A stretch of 64,000 nucleotides of DNA from Lentisphaerota bacterium (GTDB lineage Bacteria; Verrucomicrobiota; Kiritimatiellia; JAAZAB01): the NCBI GenBank assembly GCA_016188985.1, contig JACPGM010000018.1, positions 4,736-68,735 of the forward strand, given 5' to 3'. Below the pieces are notes generated by a model that worked only from the letters and a program-made list of their open reading frames with translations, did not search any database and had not been told where the DNA came from. Every line of letters starts with the position of its first letter. The stretch's first letter is position 1. A program made the translations under genes and the position numbers. Shown here piece by piece: positions 23,469-30,855 of the stretch.

Positions 23469-25701
23469 TCCAGAGGTCAGAGGTCGGACTCCGTCGTCCG
23501 TCGTCCCACCTTCGCCCAAAAGGCTACGGTGGGCAGGCCGCCGTCCGTCTTTCCTCTTTTCCGGTCTGTCGTCTGTCATCCGTCGTCCGGTCCCCAGCCT
23601 ACAGCCTACAGCCTGCAGTCTACAGACCGCTTCAGAGCGCGGCATCGCCCTGATCATGGTCCTGGGCGTGCTCTCGGTGATGGTGATCATGGCCGTGGCC
23701 TTTGCCATCGCCATGCGCACTGAGCGCCTGGCCGCCGGGAATTATGCCGATAGCGTCCGCGCCCGGCAGTTGGTTCAGACCGGGTTAGCCCGTGCGCTGA
23801 ATGACGTGGCGAATTTGCTGGGTAGCGAAGGATTGGCAACCCCAGCCGGCTCGGTTTATCCGCCTTGTAGCGTGACCAATTCTTACACAAACCCTGCTGT
23901 GTTTTCAGCGGGCTCCAGTATTATTGCCGGCCAAGCCACCAATTTTGTGCCCAGAGCCCTGTGGAGCGCGGCGGCTAATGCCGATGCGCTTGATTCCGTC
24001 AACCACTGGCTGCCAATTGATAGCTTAGTGTATACTAACGACACGGCGGGAACCCCTTATCTCGTCGCGTCCAACCGCATGGGCCGGGTGAAATATCTTA
24101 TTCTCAACTGTTCCGGCCTGCTGGACGCCAATTTTGTGGGGGGAATGAGCCGCAGCGTGGGCACCAATCCGTTGGAAATAGCAATCAACTATATGCCGGA
24201 AATGTCAAACGCAACTGCTTTTCTCGATAATCGGGATAATGATAAGCGCTATGAGACTTTGGAAGAGTTGGCGGTATTGAACATACCCGCTTTTTCCAAC
24301 GGGCTTCCGGTCAATTTCACCGTTTATTCCCATGCCCCGGCCGGATTCTGGGCCGCCAATTGGGCATGTGCCGCCACTCAAGTAAATCTGGCTGGTGAAT
24401 ATGGCCACATTGGGAATGCAGTGCGGAAAGTGGCGATTTCTAATGGATTTGTCCAGGCCGGGTTCACCCTTGAGCAGGCCGATATCCTTTATAATAATCT
24501 TTATAATTACATGAGGGGCGGCTCTATCCCGAATGAGGCTTTGTCTCAATCTCCCGATTTCAAGAACATTGTTACGGCGGTGCCAATGATTAATGAAATT
24601 TTGCTGGAAAGTTTTGTGAATGGCCCGGGCGCCAGGAACGTTATAACATTTGAATTGTGGTTCCCCTTTATGACGCTGCCACCCGATAATTACCAGTTGA
24701 AAGTTGACGTTGATGTATCGTCCGGTGTAGATATACCGGAAACTACGCAAGTCATTCCTATTGCTGGCACCAATTATGCCTATCTGTCGTTTGAGAGCAT
24801 AGATGGCTCTCTGAATTCGCCCTATACGTTTACCATTCAACGGGCGGAAGTTTTGAACGCCCAGGGTTTTCCCGTGGATATGCTCCTGGATACGCCAAAA
24901 ACATTGGCAGCGGTTACCACCGGTGGCGACAAAAGATCTTATCAGTGCATTGACCCGCGGTTTAACTGGGACGTGCTTAATCCTCAGCAATGGGTTGTTT
25001 ATACCGGGCCTGATCCGGGAACCTTGGGCGAGACCAATGCCAGCACGCTCAGTTACATGACGGCTAATCCGGACTGCGACCAGGATGCGGCCATGTACGT
25101 GAACACGAACGCGCTTGTTCAGAGGCTTCAATCAGTGGGCGAACTGGGCTATCTGGCCTATGACCTCTGGAAGACCGTGAAACTCTACGGGGCCGGGCTG
25201 CACTCAGTCCTGGATGTTTTTGCCATTGGAACCAATGACAATTATATCTATGTCACCACCACGGCCTGGCGTGGGCGGGTTAATCCCAATTCGCGCGAGC
25301 GGGAGGTGCTCGCGGCCGTGTTCTCCAATATGCCGTTAGATGAATATTCGGGACAGGGGTCGCCAGCCACACTCACCGACCAGGCCGCGATTCAGGCGGT
25401 GGTGGACAATGTGCAAAATGCAGCCTACATAGCTTACACGAATCTTTCCGCGATCGGCCGCAATTTCACTGCCTTCCCCGCTGCGGCGAATAATGAACTG
25501 AAAAGGGAAGCCATCTTCCGCAACACCGCCGGTCTGCTGAGCGCGCGGCAGAACCTCTTCACGATCATCATCGAGGCCCAGGTGGCCTCGGGCGGCAATA
25601 TCCCGCAAAACCCGATTCGCCAGAAAGCCGTGGCCCTGGTCTGGCGCGATCCTTATACCGGCGAAATGTTCGTGCGCTCGATCAAATGGCTGAAGGACTG
25701 A
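23458..25701 (+). CDS. GspK/PilX-like large minor pseudopilin
   Basis: ERGIALIMVLGVLSVMVIMAVAFAIAMRTERLAAGNY is GspK-like. Possible ATGs at 23428, 23446 and 23458. No ATG/GTG/TTG between 23458 and the hydrophobic segment, so the arrays are in frame. Confidence 0.7.
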   Translation: MNIDPEVRGRTPSSVVPPSPKRLRWAGRRPSFLFSGLSSVIRRPVPSLQPTACSLQTASERGIALIMVLGVLSVMVIMAVAFAIAMRTERLAAGNYADSVRARQLVQTGLARALNDVANLLGSEGLATPAGSVYPPCSVTNSYTNPAVFSAGSSIIAGQATNFVPRALWSAAANADALDSVNHWLPIDSLVYTNDTAGTPYLVASNRMGRVKYLILNCSGLLDANFVGGMSRSVGTNPLEIAINYMPEMSNATAFLDNRDNDKRYETLEELAVLNIPAFSNGLPVNFTVYSHAPAGFWAANWACAATQVNLAGEYGHIGNAVRKVAISNGFVQAGFTLEQADILYNNLYNYMRGGSIPNEALSQSPDFKNIVTAVPMINEILLESFVNGPGARNVITFELWFPFMTLPPDNYQLKVDVDVSSGVDIPETTQVIPIAGTNYAYLSFESIDGSLNSPYTFTIQRAEVLNAQGFPVDMLLDTPKTLAAVTTGGDKRSYQCIDPRFNWDVLNPQQWVVYTGPDPGTLGETNASTLSYMTANPDCDQDAAMYVNTNALVQRLQSVGELGYLAYDLWKTVKLYGAGLHSVLDVFAIGTNDNYIYVTTTAWRGRVNPNSREREVLAAVFSNMPLDEYSGQGSPATLTDQAAIQAVVDNVQNAAYIAYTNLSAIGRNFTAFPAAANNELKREAIFRNTAGLLSARQNLFTIIIEAQVASGGNIPQNPIRQKAVALVWRDPYTGEMFVRSIKWLKD
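23473..23627 (+). repeat. Mosaic of heptad arrays (GAGGTCR, CGTC-type, CCTACAG) in the 5' end of the GspK-like ORF; right arm of the DUF433/DUF5615 bracket
   Basis: GAGGTCAGAGGTCGG (23473-23487). CCGTCGTCCGTCGTCCC (23491-23507). CCGCCGTCCGTC..TTTTCCGGTCTGTCGTCTGTCATCCGTCGTCCGG (23538-23590). CAGCCTACAGCCTACAGCCTGCAGTCTACAGAC (23595-23627). Confidence 0.85.
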
Positions 25702-25705
25702 GGCG

Positions 25706-25750
25706 CAGACGGACGACAGACGGCGGACGACAGACGACAGACCGGAGAAT
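25706..25750 (+). repeat. GACG-type heptad array with CCGGAGAA cap, 5 nt after a stop codon
   Basis: CAGACGGACGACAGACGGCGGACGACAGACGACAGACCGGAGAA. Confidence 0.85.
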
Positions 25751-25805
25751 TAGGGTACCCTGAAGGGGTGGCACACTTGTCCTGCGTAGCCTCCGGCGAA
25801 GCAGG

Positions 25806-26004
25806 ATCATAGCCCAGGGTGCCTGCCTGCCGGCAGGCAGGCAACCCTGGGAACCGCCGTTGGTGTGCGTGAATCTTGTATTTGCCGCCTGGATTTCGAT
25901 GTGGTAGATTGCCGCTTAACCAACAGTCCCAAGACGCCTGCCTGCCTGCCCGCAGGACTTCGTCCAGCGATGTAGGCGGGCCGGCAGGCAGGCACCCTGG
26001 GAGC
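25806..26004. repeat. Nested palindromes of the CCCAGGG..CCCTGGG / CCTGCCTGCCGGCAGGCAGG family (two copies)
   Basis: ATCATAGCCCAGGGTGCCTGCCTGCCGGCAGGCAGGCAACCCTGGGA (25806-25852). GCCTGCCTGCCTGCCCGCAGGACTTCGTCCAGCGATGTAGGCGGGCCGGCAGGCAGGCACCCTGGGAGC (25936-26004). Confidence 0.8.
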
Positions 26005-26026
26005 TTATCAAAGAGGAGCCGGACTT

Positions 26027-26653
26027 ATGCGAGCGTATAATTTTGCGGGCAGGTGGGGAGTGTGTTTACTCAGCGTCCTGATTGCCGCCACGGTCTTGGC
26101 CCAGGCGCGGCGGGCGCCGACCCCTTCGGGCGCGGTCCCGGTTCAGCCGGCCAAAGCCAGGGAACCCGTCGTCATCAAGAAAATGGAAGCCGTTGGCCAG
26201 GCTTGCCGGGTAAAAACCCCGGAATTCAGAAACGACGCCAATGAGCCGGCCGCTCCAGCCAGAGAATGGGCGCGGATTACCCTCAAGTACGAAACCAATC
26301 TTGACTGGATTGACGAGCTGGAGTTCCGCTTTTCCGTCGTGTTAAAAGATGCCAAGGCCAATGCTTTTATAATGTTTCCCGGCTCGGTAACCTATGTGGA
26401 TATTGCCAAAGGCAAGCAGCATCAGAGCACGGTGTTTTTGCGGCCGGCGACCTTGGAACGTTATGGCGAGATTATCTGGGCGGGGGTAAAAGTTTATCTC
26501 AACGGCGAGCTCCTTGCCACGGCGCAATCCCCTGATGACCAGCGGCCCTGGACCATCAACTACAAAACCAGGGAAGGCGTGCTCTTGAACCGCGACCAGA
26601 CGCCCTTTGCCCTGGTGGCAATTGACAACCACGGGACGATTAAGCCGAAGTAG
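26027..26653 (+). CDS. Hypothetical exported protein, first gene of the pilus-like block (position of Amuc_1102)
   Basis: Signal peptide GVCLLSVLIAATVLAQA, GAGGAG RBS, beta-rich body. Assignment by gene order only. Confidence 0.5.
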   Translation: MRAYNFAGRWGVCLLSVLIAATVLAQARRAPTPSGAVPVQPAKAREPVVIKKMEAVGQACRVKTPEFRNDANEPAAPAREWARITLKYETNLDWIDELEFRFSVVLKDAKANAFIMFPGSVTYVDIAKGKQHQSTVFLRPATLERYGEIIWAGVKVYLNGELLATAQSPDDQRPWTINYKTREGVLLNRDQTPFALVAIDNHGTIKPK

Positions 26654-26677
26654 GCCGTAGGCTAAAGACCAGGCCAA

Positions 26678-26823
26678 GATGATTTGATGATTGGTTGATT
26701 GGATGATTCGTAAACCGAAGAACCAAGAACAGGATTACGAATCACCGAATCACCGAATCATCGAATCAACCAATTAACCAATCATCGAATTCACGAATCC
26801 ACGAATCACCGAATTAACGAATG
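26678..26823. repeat. Inverted CGAATCAY arrays (7-8 nt period) forming a long hairpin between two genes
   Basis: GATGATTTGATGATTGGTTGATTGGATGATTCG (26678-26710) versus ATTACGAATCACCGAATCACCGAATCATCGAATCAACCAATTAACCAATCATCGAATTCACGAATCCACGAATCACCGAATTAACGAATG (26734-26823). Confidence 0.85.
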
Positions 26824-26833
26824 TCTTGCCAAG

Positions 26834-28561
26834 ATGAATTTCTTCAAGTCCAACCGCGTGCTGGCCATGGATATCGGCGCCGCCCAGTTGAAACTGGCGG
26901 AGTTCGTGGCCGGTAAGGCCGGCCTTGAGCTTGCCAACCTGGCGGTGTGCCCCCTGGGTATTGCCCCGGGCGACGAGACCGATCCCACCTTGGCGATTGT
27001 TGATGCCATCCAGGCGGTCCTGAAGGAAAAGGCGATTAAACCAGCGCCGGTAATGCTTTCGGTGACGGGGCAGTCGGCCTTCCTGCGCCTGGTTAAGCTC
27101 CCGCCGGTCAAGCGCCATAAACTTCATCAGACCATCCTTTACGAGGCGCAGCAGAATGTGCCCTTCCCCATGCAAGAGGTTGTCTGGGACTACCAGTTGA
27201 TGGGCGCCTCGGAAAACGAGCTTAACGTGACGCTGGTAGTCATCAAAAAGGATATTGTGCAGAACCTGGCCGACTGTGTCGAGGCGGTCGGCTTGGATAT
27301 CGAGCTTATTGATGTGGCGCCCATGGCCCTCTACAATGCCGTGCGCTATAATTACGCCGAACTGAAAGGCTGCACGCTCGTCGTGGATATCGGCGCGCGC
27401 TCGACCAATTTGATCTTCATGGAGGAAGGCCAGTTTTTCAGCCGCAACCTGCCGATTGTGGGCACGGGCAACGTTATTACCCAGCAGTTGATGAAGGAAT
27501 TCAACCTCTCCTTCCAGGATGCCGAGGCGCTTAAATTTGCCCATGCCTCGGTGGCCTTCGGCGGGTCCTATGAGGATTACTCCGACCAGGTGCTTTCCAA
27601 GGCCTCCAAAACCGTGCGCGGGGTTATGACCCGCCTTCACATCGAAGTGGAGCGCTCGATCAATTTCTACCGCACGCAGCAGGGTGGCGCCAACCCCGAG
27701 CGCATGCTCCTGGCGGGCGGCACTTCGGTCATTGCCCGCACCGACGAGTTCTTCCGGGAAAAGCTGAAGATGGACGTGGAGTATCTCAATCCCTTCCGCA
27801 ACATCATTGTCACCGAGGGCATTTCGGAAGAAACCGTCGGAACTTGCGCGCATGTTATGGGCGCGGTGGTCGGGGTAGGCCTGCGCTATGCCTTGCCTTG
27901 CCCGCTGGAAGTCAATCTGCTGCCGCCGCGTCTGATGGCGGAAAAGTCTTTCCGACGCAAGCAACCGTTTCTCGTGGCCGCCGGCGTTACCGGCGTGCTG
28001 GTCGCGCTCTGCTGGTGGTTCTTTTTCCATACCATGACCCAGCGGATCGCTCTGCGCCACGGCGCAGTGCGCTCGCAGGTGGTTCAGTTGGAAGCAGTGG
28101 AAGCCCAATTACGCCCGATTGAAGAACGCCAGGCCGCCGTAAAAGCCGGCGCCGAAGTGCTCGCCGATATGGTCTTTCTGCGCGGACGCTGGCTCGAGGT
28201 CTTGAATGCCGTCCAGGATAACTTGTTGGACGGCATGTGGCTGGTATCCTTCGTGCCGGTGTCGCGGACGGTAGCGGATAATCCACTTTCGGCGTCGGCA
28301 GCCGGCCCGACCCCGCCCGGCCACAAGGCATTAGCCGCCCTGCGGCAGGGGGCTTCCATCCCGCAATATACGCATATCCAGGTCAAGGGCCTGATCTTTG
28401 CCGACAAGGCCACCGACCGTTCAATTGCCCAGTTCCGCGACCGCCTGCGCCAATCGCCTTTTTTTACCGAGGCCACCGAAATCCTGCTCGCGCCGCTGCC
28501 GAATATGGATGATTATGCCCGGCAATTCACCCTGGAAATCGCCCTGAAGCATCCGCTCTGA
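26834..28561 (+). CDS. pilM: PilM-PilN fusion (actin-like pilus assembly ATPase-fold protein fused to PilN-like bitopic segment)
   Basis: LAMDIGAAQLKLAEF, VVDIGARSTNLIFMEEG, LLAGGTS actin-fold motifs. Then EVNLLPPRLMAEKSFRRKQPFLVAAGVTGVLVALCWWFFF (PilN-type INLLP motif plus TM) and a periplasmic tail. Confidence 0.85.
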   Translation: MNFFKSNRVLAMDIGAAQLKLAEFVAGKAGLELANLAVCPLGIAPGDETDPTLAIVDAIQAVLKEKAIKPAPVMLSVTGQSAFLRLVKLPPVKRHKLHQTILYEAQQNVPFPMQEVVWDYQLMGASENELNVTLVVIKKDIVQNLADCVEAVGLDIELIDVAPMALYNAVRYNYAELKGCTLVVDIGARSTNLIFMEEGQFFSRNLPIVGTGNVITQQLMKEFNLSFQDAEALKFAHASVAFGGSYEDYSDQVLSKASKTVRGVMTRLHIEVERSINFYRTQQGGANPERMLLAGGTSVIARTDEFFREKLKMDVEYLNPFRNIIVTEGISEETVGTCAHVMGAVVGVGLRYALPCPLEVNLLPPRLMAEKSFRRKQPFLVAAGVTGVLVALCWWFFFHTMTQRIALRHGAVRSQVVQLEAVEAQLRPIEERQAAVKAGAEVLADMVFLRGRWLEVLNAVQDNLLDGMWLVSFVPVSRTVADNPLSASAAGPTPPGHKALAALRQGASIPQYTHIQVKGLIFADKATDRSIAQFRDRLRQSPFFTEATEILLAPLPNMDDYARQFTLEIALKHPL

Positions 28562-28565
28562 CCCC

Positions 28566-29525
28566 ATGAACATGGCCTTTCTTAAAAAAAATTTGGTGTT
28601 TTGGCTGTGCCTGGCGGTAACGGCCGGGCTGCTCTTGGGCGCCTTGGCGGGCTTGTTCAGTGCCCAGCGCCGTTATTCCCGACAAGCCCGCGCGTTGGAT
28701 CTGGCAACGATGCGCCTGCAGCAGCTCTATCGCCGCGAGATATTCCCGGCCGCGGCCAATGTTCGCAAGGAAACGGAGAACTTGAAGGACATCGTTGACC
28801 AGTATAATGAACTGAACGAGCTCCTGCGCGCCGGTCAGGCCGATCCCCAGCCCATGGAGGCGGCCAAGTTTATGCAGTTGCTGGAACATACCCTGCGCCA
28901 GTTGCGCGACCGTCTGCAAAACGCCCGCGTCAAGTTCCCGGAAAGATACGCGTTTGGTTTTGACCGGTACGCCGGCGGCCGGTTGCCGGCCCCCGGCGAT
29001 ATTCCGCGCCTGGTCCAGCAGTTGAAGATTATCGAGACGCTCTGCGCTATTCTCCGGGAGGCGGCCGTTGCCGAGCTGGTAGCCATTGAGCGCGAATCTT
29101 TTGAGCAGGCGGCCGGCGCGGCCGGCGGCCGCCGCGGCGCGCCGCCATCGCCGGCGGCGCCGCCCGTGTCCGACATAGCCGCCCTGGCTTCCTGCCAGCA
29201 TTTCAAAATTACCGTTAAAGCCGCCGAAAATGCCGTACTGACAATGTTAACCCTCCTGGCCGGCGGGCCAATGTTTATGGTCGTAACGCGGATTGAAGTA
29301 ACCAACCCCAATCAGGGCTCCAGCGCCGCCGGCCCAGCTCCCACCACGGACGCGGCGCACCCCCGCGCCGCCATGCCCGGACCGGCCGCCGAGGAGCGCC
29401 GGGTCATCCTCGGCCGCGAAGAGCTGGAGGTAAAGCTGGATCTGGATGTTTATCAGTTCGCCCCTTCCTTGGCCTTTTCCGCCGAAGGAACATCCGTCTC
29501 TCAGGCTGGAAAAGAGGGCCCTTAG
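28566..29525 (+). CDS. Amuc_1100-like / PilO-position bitopic protein
   Basis: N-terminal TM, coiled coil, C-terminal FKITVKAAENAVLTMLTLLAGGPMFMVVTRIEVTN and LEVKLDLDVYQF. Motif order recalls Akkermansia Amuc_1100 (from memory; needs alignment). Confidence 0.6.
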   Translation: MNMAFLKKNLVFWLCLAVTAGLLLGALAGLFSAQRRYSRQARALDLATMRLQQLYRREIFPAAANVRKETENLKDIVDQYNELNELLRAGQADPQPMEAAKFMQLLEHTLRQLRDRLQNARVKFPERYAFGFDRYAGGRLPAPGDIPRLVQQLKIIETLCAILREAAVAELVAIERESFEQAAGAAGGRRGAPPSPAAPPVSDIAALASCQHFKITVKAAENAVLTMLTLLAGGPMFMVVTRIEVTNPNQGSSAAGPAPTTDAAHPRAAMPGPAAEERRVILGREELEVKLDLDVYQFAPSLAFSAEGTSVSQAGKEGP

Positions 29526-29526
29526 C

Positions 29527-29702
29527 TCACAGGGCGATGCCCTGGGCTGTGATGTCGCACGCCGTTGGCGTGCACGGAACGGCGATGCCGTGGGAACCGT
29601 GGCACGCCAAAGGCGTACATGGAAATGGTGAGGCCCTATAATGTGAAATCGGGGCACCCCGAAGGGGTGCAACATCATAGCCCAGGGTGCAACCCTGGGA
29701 GC
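29527..29702. repeat. Tandem double-hairpin units followed by a GCACCCC..GGGGTGC / CCCAGGG..CCCTGGG palindrome
   Basis: Two units of about 47 nt, each with CRGGGC/ACGGC-GAT-GCCCTG/GCCGT and G(C/T)ACGCC-NNN-GGCGT(G/A)C hairpins (29527-29622). GGGCACCCCGAAGGGGTGCAACATCATAGCCCAGGGTGCAACCCTGGGAGC (29652-29702). Confidence 0.75.
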
Positions 29703-29740
29703 TTGAAGGGTAATGAACGTTTTAAGAAGGTCATATTTCC

Positions 29741-30835
29741 ATGACGATCAACATACAAGCTCTTAAGGCCTGGGCCAAGGAGGTCTACGATAAGATCATC
29801 CTGTTTGTGGCCTTGTTGGGTCTGTTGTTGTCGCTGATTTTTTTGATCCTGATGGTGGGCCGCGAGCGAAAGAAAATGGAGGATCTAAGCCGGCGGCAGG
29901 GACAGTCCCGCATTCTTTCCCAGACCGCCCGTTTGCTGGACTTGACGCCCCTGGCTGAGGGCATTGAAGCGCTGCAGGGCGCGGAACGCCGCGTGGCCTG
30001 GCCGAAGCGGCTGATGGTGGCCGAATTGCGGGTGGGCTGCAAAAAGTGCGGCCGCCCCATACCGCTCGAGGCCGTGCTCTGCCCGTTCCTGAATTGCGCC
30101 GCGCCGCAACCCGTCGCGCCGGTGCCGGGTGCCAAAGACAGCGACCTCGATGGCATGAGCGATGAATGGGAGCTTAAATTCGGATTGAACCCCAACGCGG
30201 ATGACGCCGGCCAGGATAATGATGGCGATGGTTTTTTCAACCTGGAGGAATACCGGGTGCTTTCCAGTCCGCGCGACGCAAACGACCACCCGCCCAATGC
30301 GCTGAAATTGCGGGTGGTTAAAACCGGCCGCGCGCCGATGCCGCTCAGCTTCCAGGGAGTGCAGCGCCTGAGCACGAACGACGCGCTCTTCCTGCTGCGC
30401 AATAAGGCGCAGCAGCGCGACAACTATGCCCGGCTGGGCGATACCGTGGAAGGTTATAAGCTGGAGAAATTTGAGGAGAAGTCCGCCACGGTTCGCAGAG
30501 ACGGCCTGGAGTTGAAGGAAGATGTTTCGGTGTTGACCGTCAGCCGGGGCGGTAAGCTCTTTCCCTTGACTATTTACCGCGAAAATCAGGGCGAGCTGGC
30601 CGCCGACCTGATCTTTCTGGTTGATCAGTCCAAATTGCGGGTCAAGCGGGGCGACGTCATTGCGCTGAAAAATAGTTCCTACAAGGTTGTTGACATTAAA
30701 GAAGACGGCGTTATTGTTGCTGACGCGAATACCGGTATGGAAATACCGGTCCAGCCGATTACGGATGCGGAGCGCCAGCTTTTACCCGGTCTGCGCCCGG
30801 CGAAACCCGGCAGCACGGCCGAACTTAAACCGTGA
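29741..30835 (+). CDS. Bitopic protein with Cys-cluster, Asp-rich Ca-binding-like motif and PilP-like C-terminal beta domain (position of Amuc_1099)
   Basis: TM IILFVALLGLLLSLIFLILMV; CKKCGRP..CPFLNC; DSDLDGMSDEWELKFGLNPNADDAGQDNDGDGFFNLEEY. C-terminus (GDTVEGYKLEKFEE...GDVIALKNSSYKVVDIKEDGVIV) is like the pilot protein PilP/GspC HR domain. Confidence 0.55.
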   Translation: MTINIQALKAWAKEVYDKIILFVALLGLLLSLIFLILMVGRERKKMEDLSRRQGQSRILSQTARLLDLTPLAEGIEALQGAERRVAWPKRLMVAELRVGCKKCGRPIPLEAVLCPFLNCAAPQPVAPVPGAKDSDLDGMSDEWELKFGLNPNADDAGQDNDGDGFFNLEEYRVLSSPRDANDHPPNALKLRVVKTGRAPMPLSFQGVQRLSTNDALFLLRNKAQQRDNYARLGDTVEGYKLEKFEEKSATVRRDGLELKEDVSVLTVSRGGKLFPLTIYRENQGELAADLIFLVDQSKLRVKRGDVIALKNSSYKVVDIKEDGVIVADANTGMEIPVQPITDAERQLLPGLRPAKPGSTAELKP

Positions 30836-30855
30836 GGACAGCCAACGGTATCGTG

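Noticed and set aside
17726-23507. Array-bracketed cassettes as integron gene cassettes with attC sites
   Set aside because: No intI or attI is in the window. The arms are long low-complexity arrays, not 60-120-bp attC sites with R''/L''-L'/R' boxes and extrahelical bases. Cassettes are embedded in a functional operon rather than forming an array.
15203-25750. Heptad arrays as a CRISPR array or degenerate CRISPR remnants
   Set aside because: The period is 7 nt with no unique spacers between repeats, and units are contiguous. No cas genes are in the window. Arrays are dispersed, and each is too short and of too low complexity.
26774-28108. 444-aa minus-strand ORF
   Set aside because: It is antisense to the PilM-PilN gene, whose actin-fold motifs are unambiguous. 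No RBS and no recognisable motifs.
29599-29616. Sigma-54 promoter-like GTGGCACGCCAAAGGCGT (GG-N10-GC spacing) upstream of the 29741 gene
   Set aside because: The -12 region (AGGCGT) is poor compared with TTGCA/T. The match is part of the GCACGCC-AAA-GGCGT hairpin repeat, which also occurs 45 nt upstream in another register, so it is most likely coincidental. TGGCAC at 25769 has the wrong spacing (GG-N12-GC).
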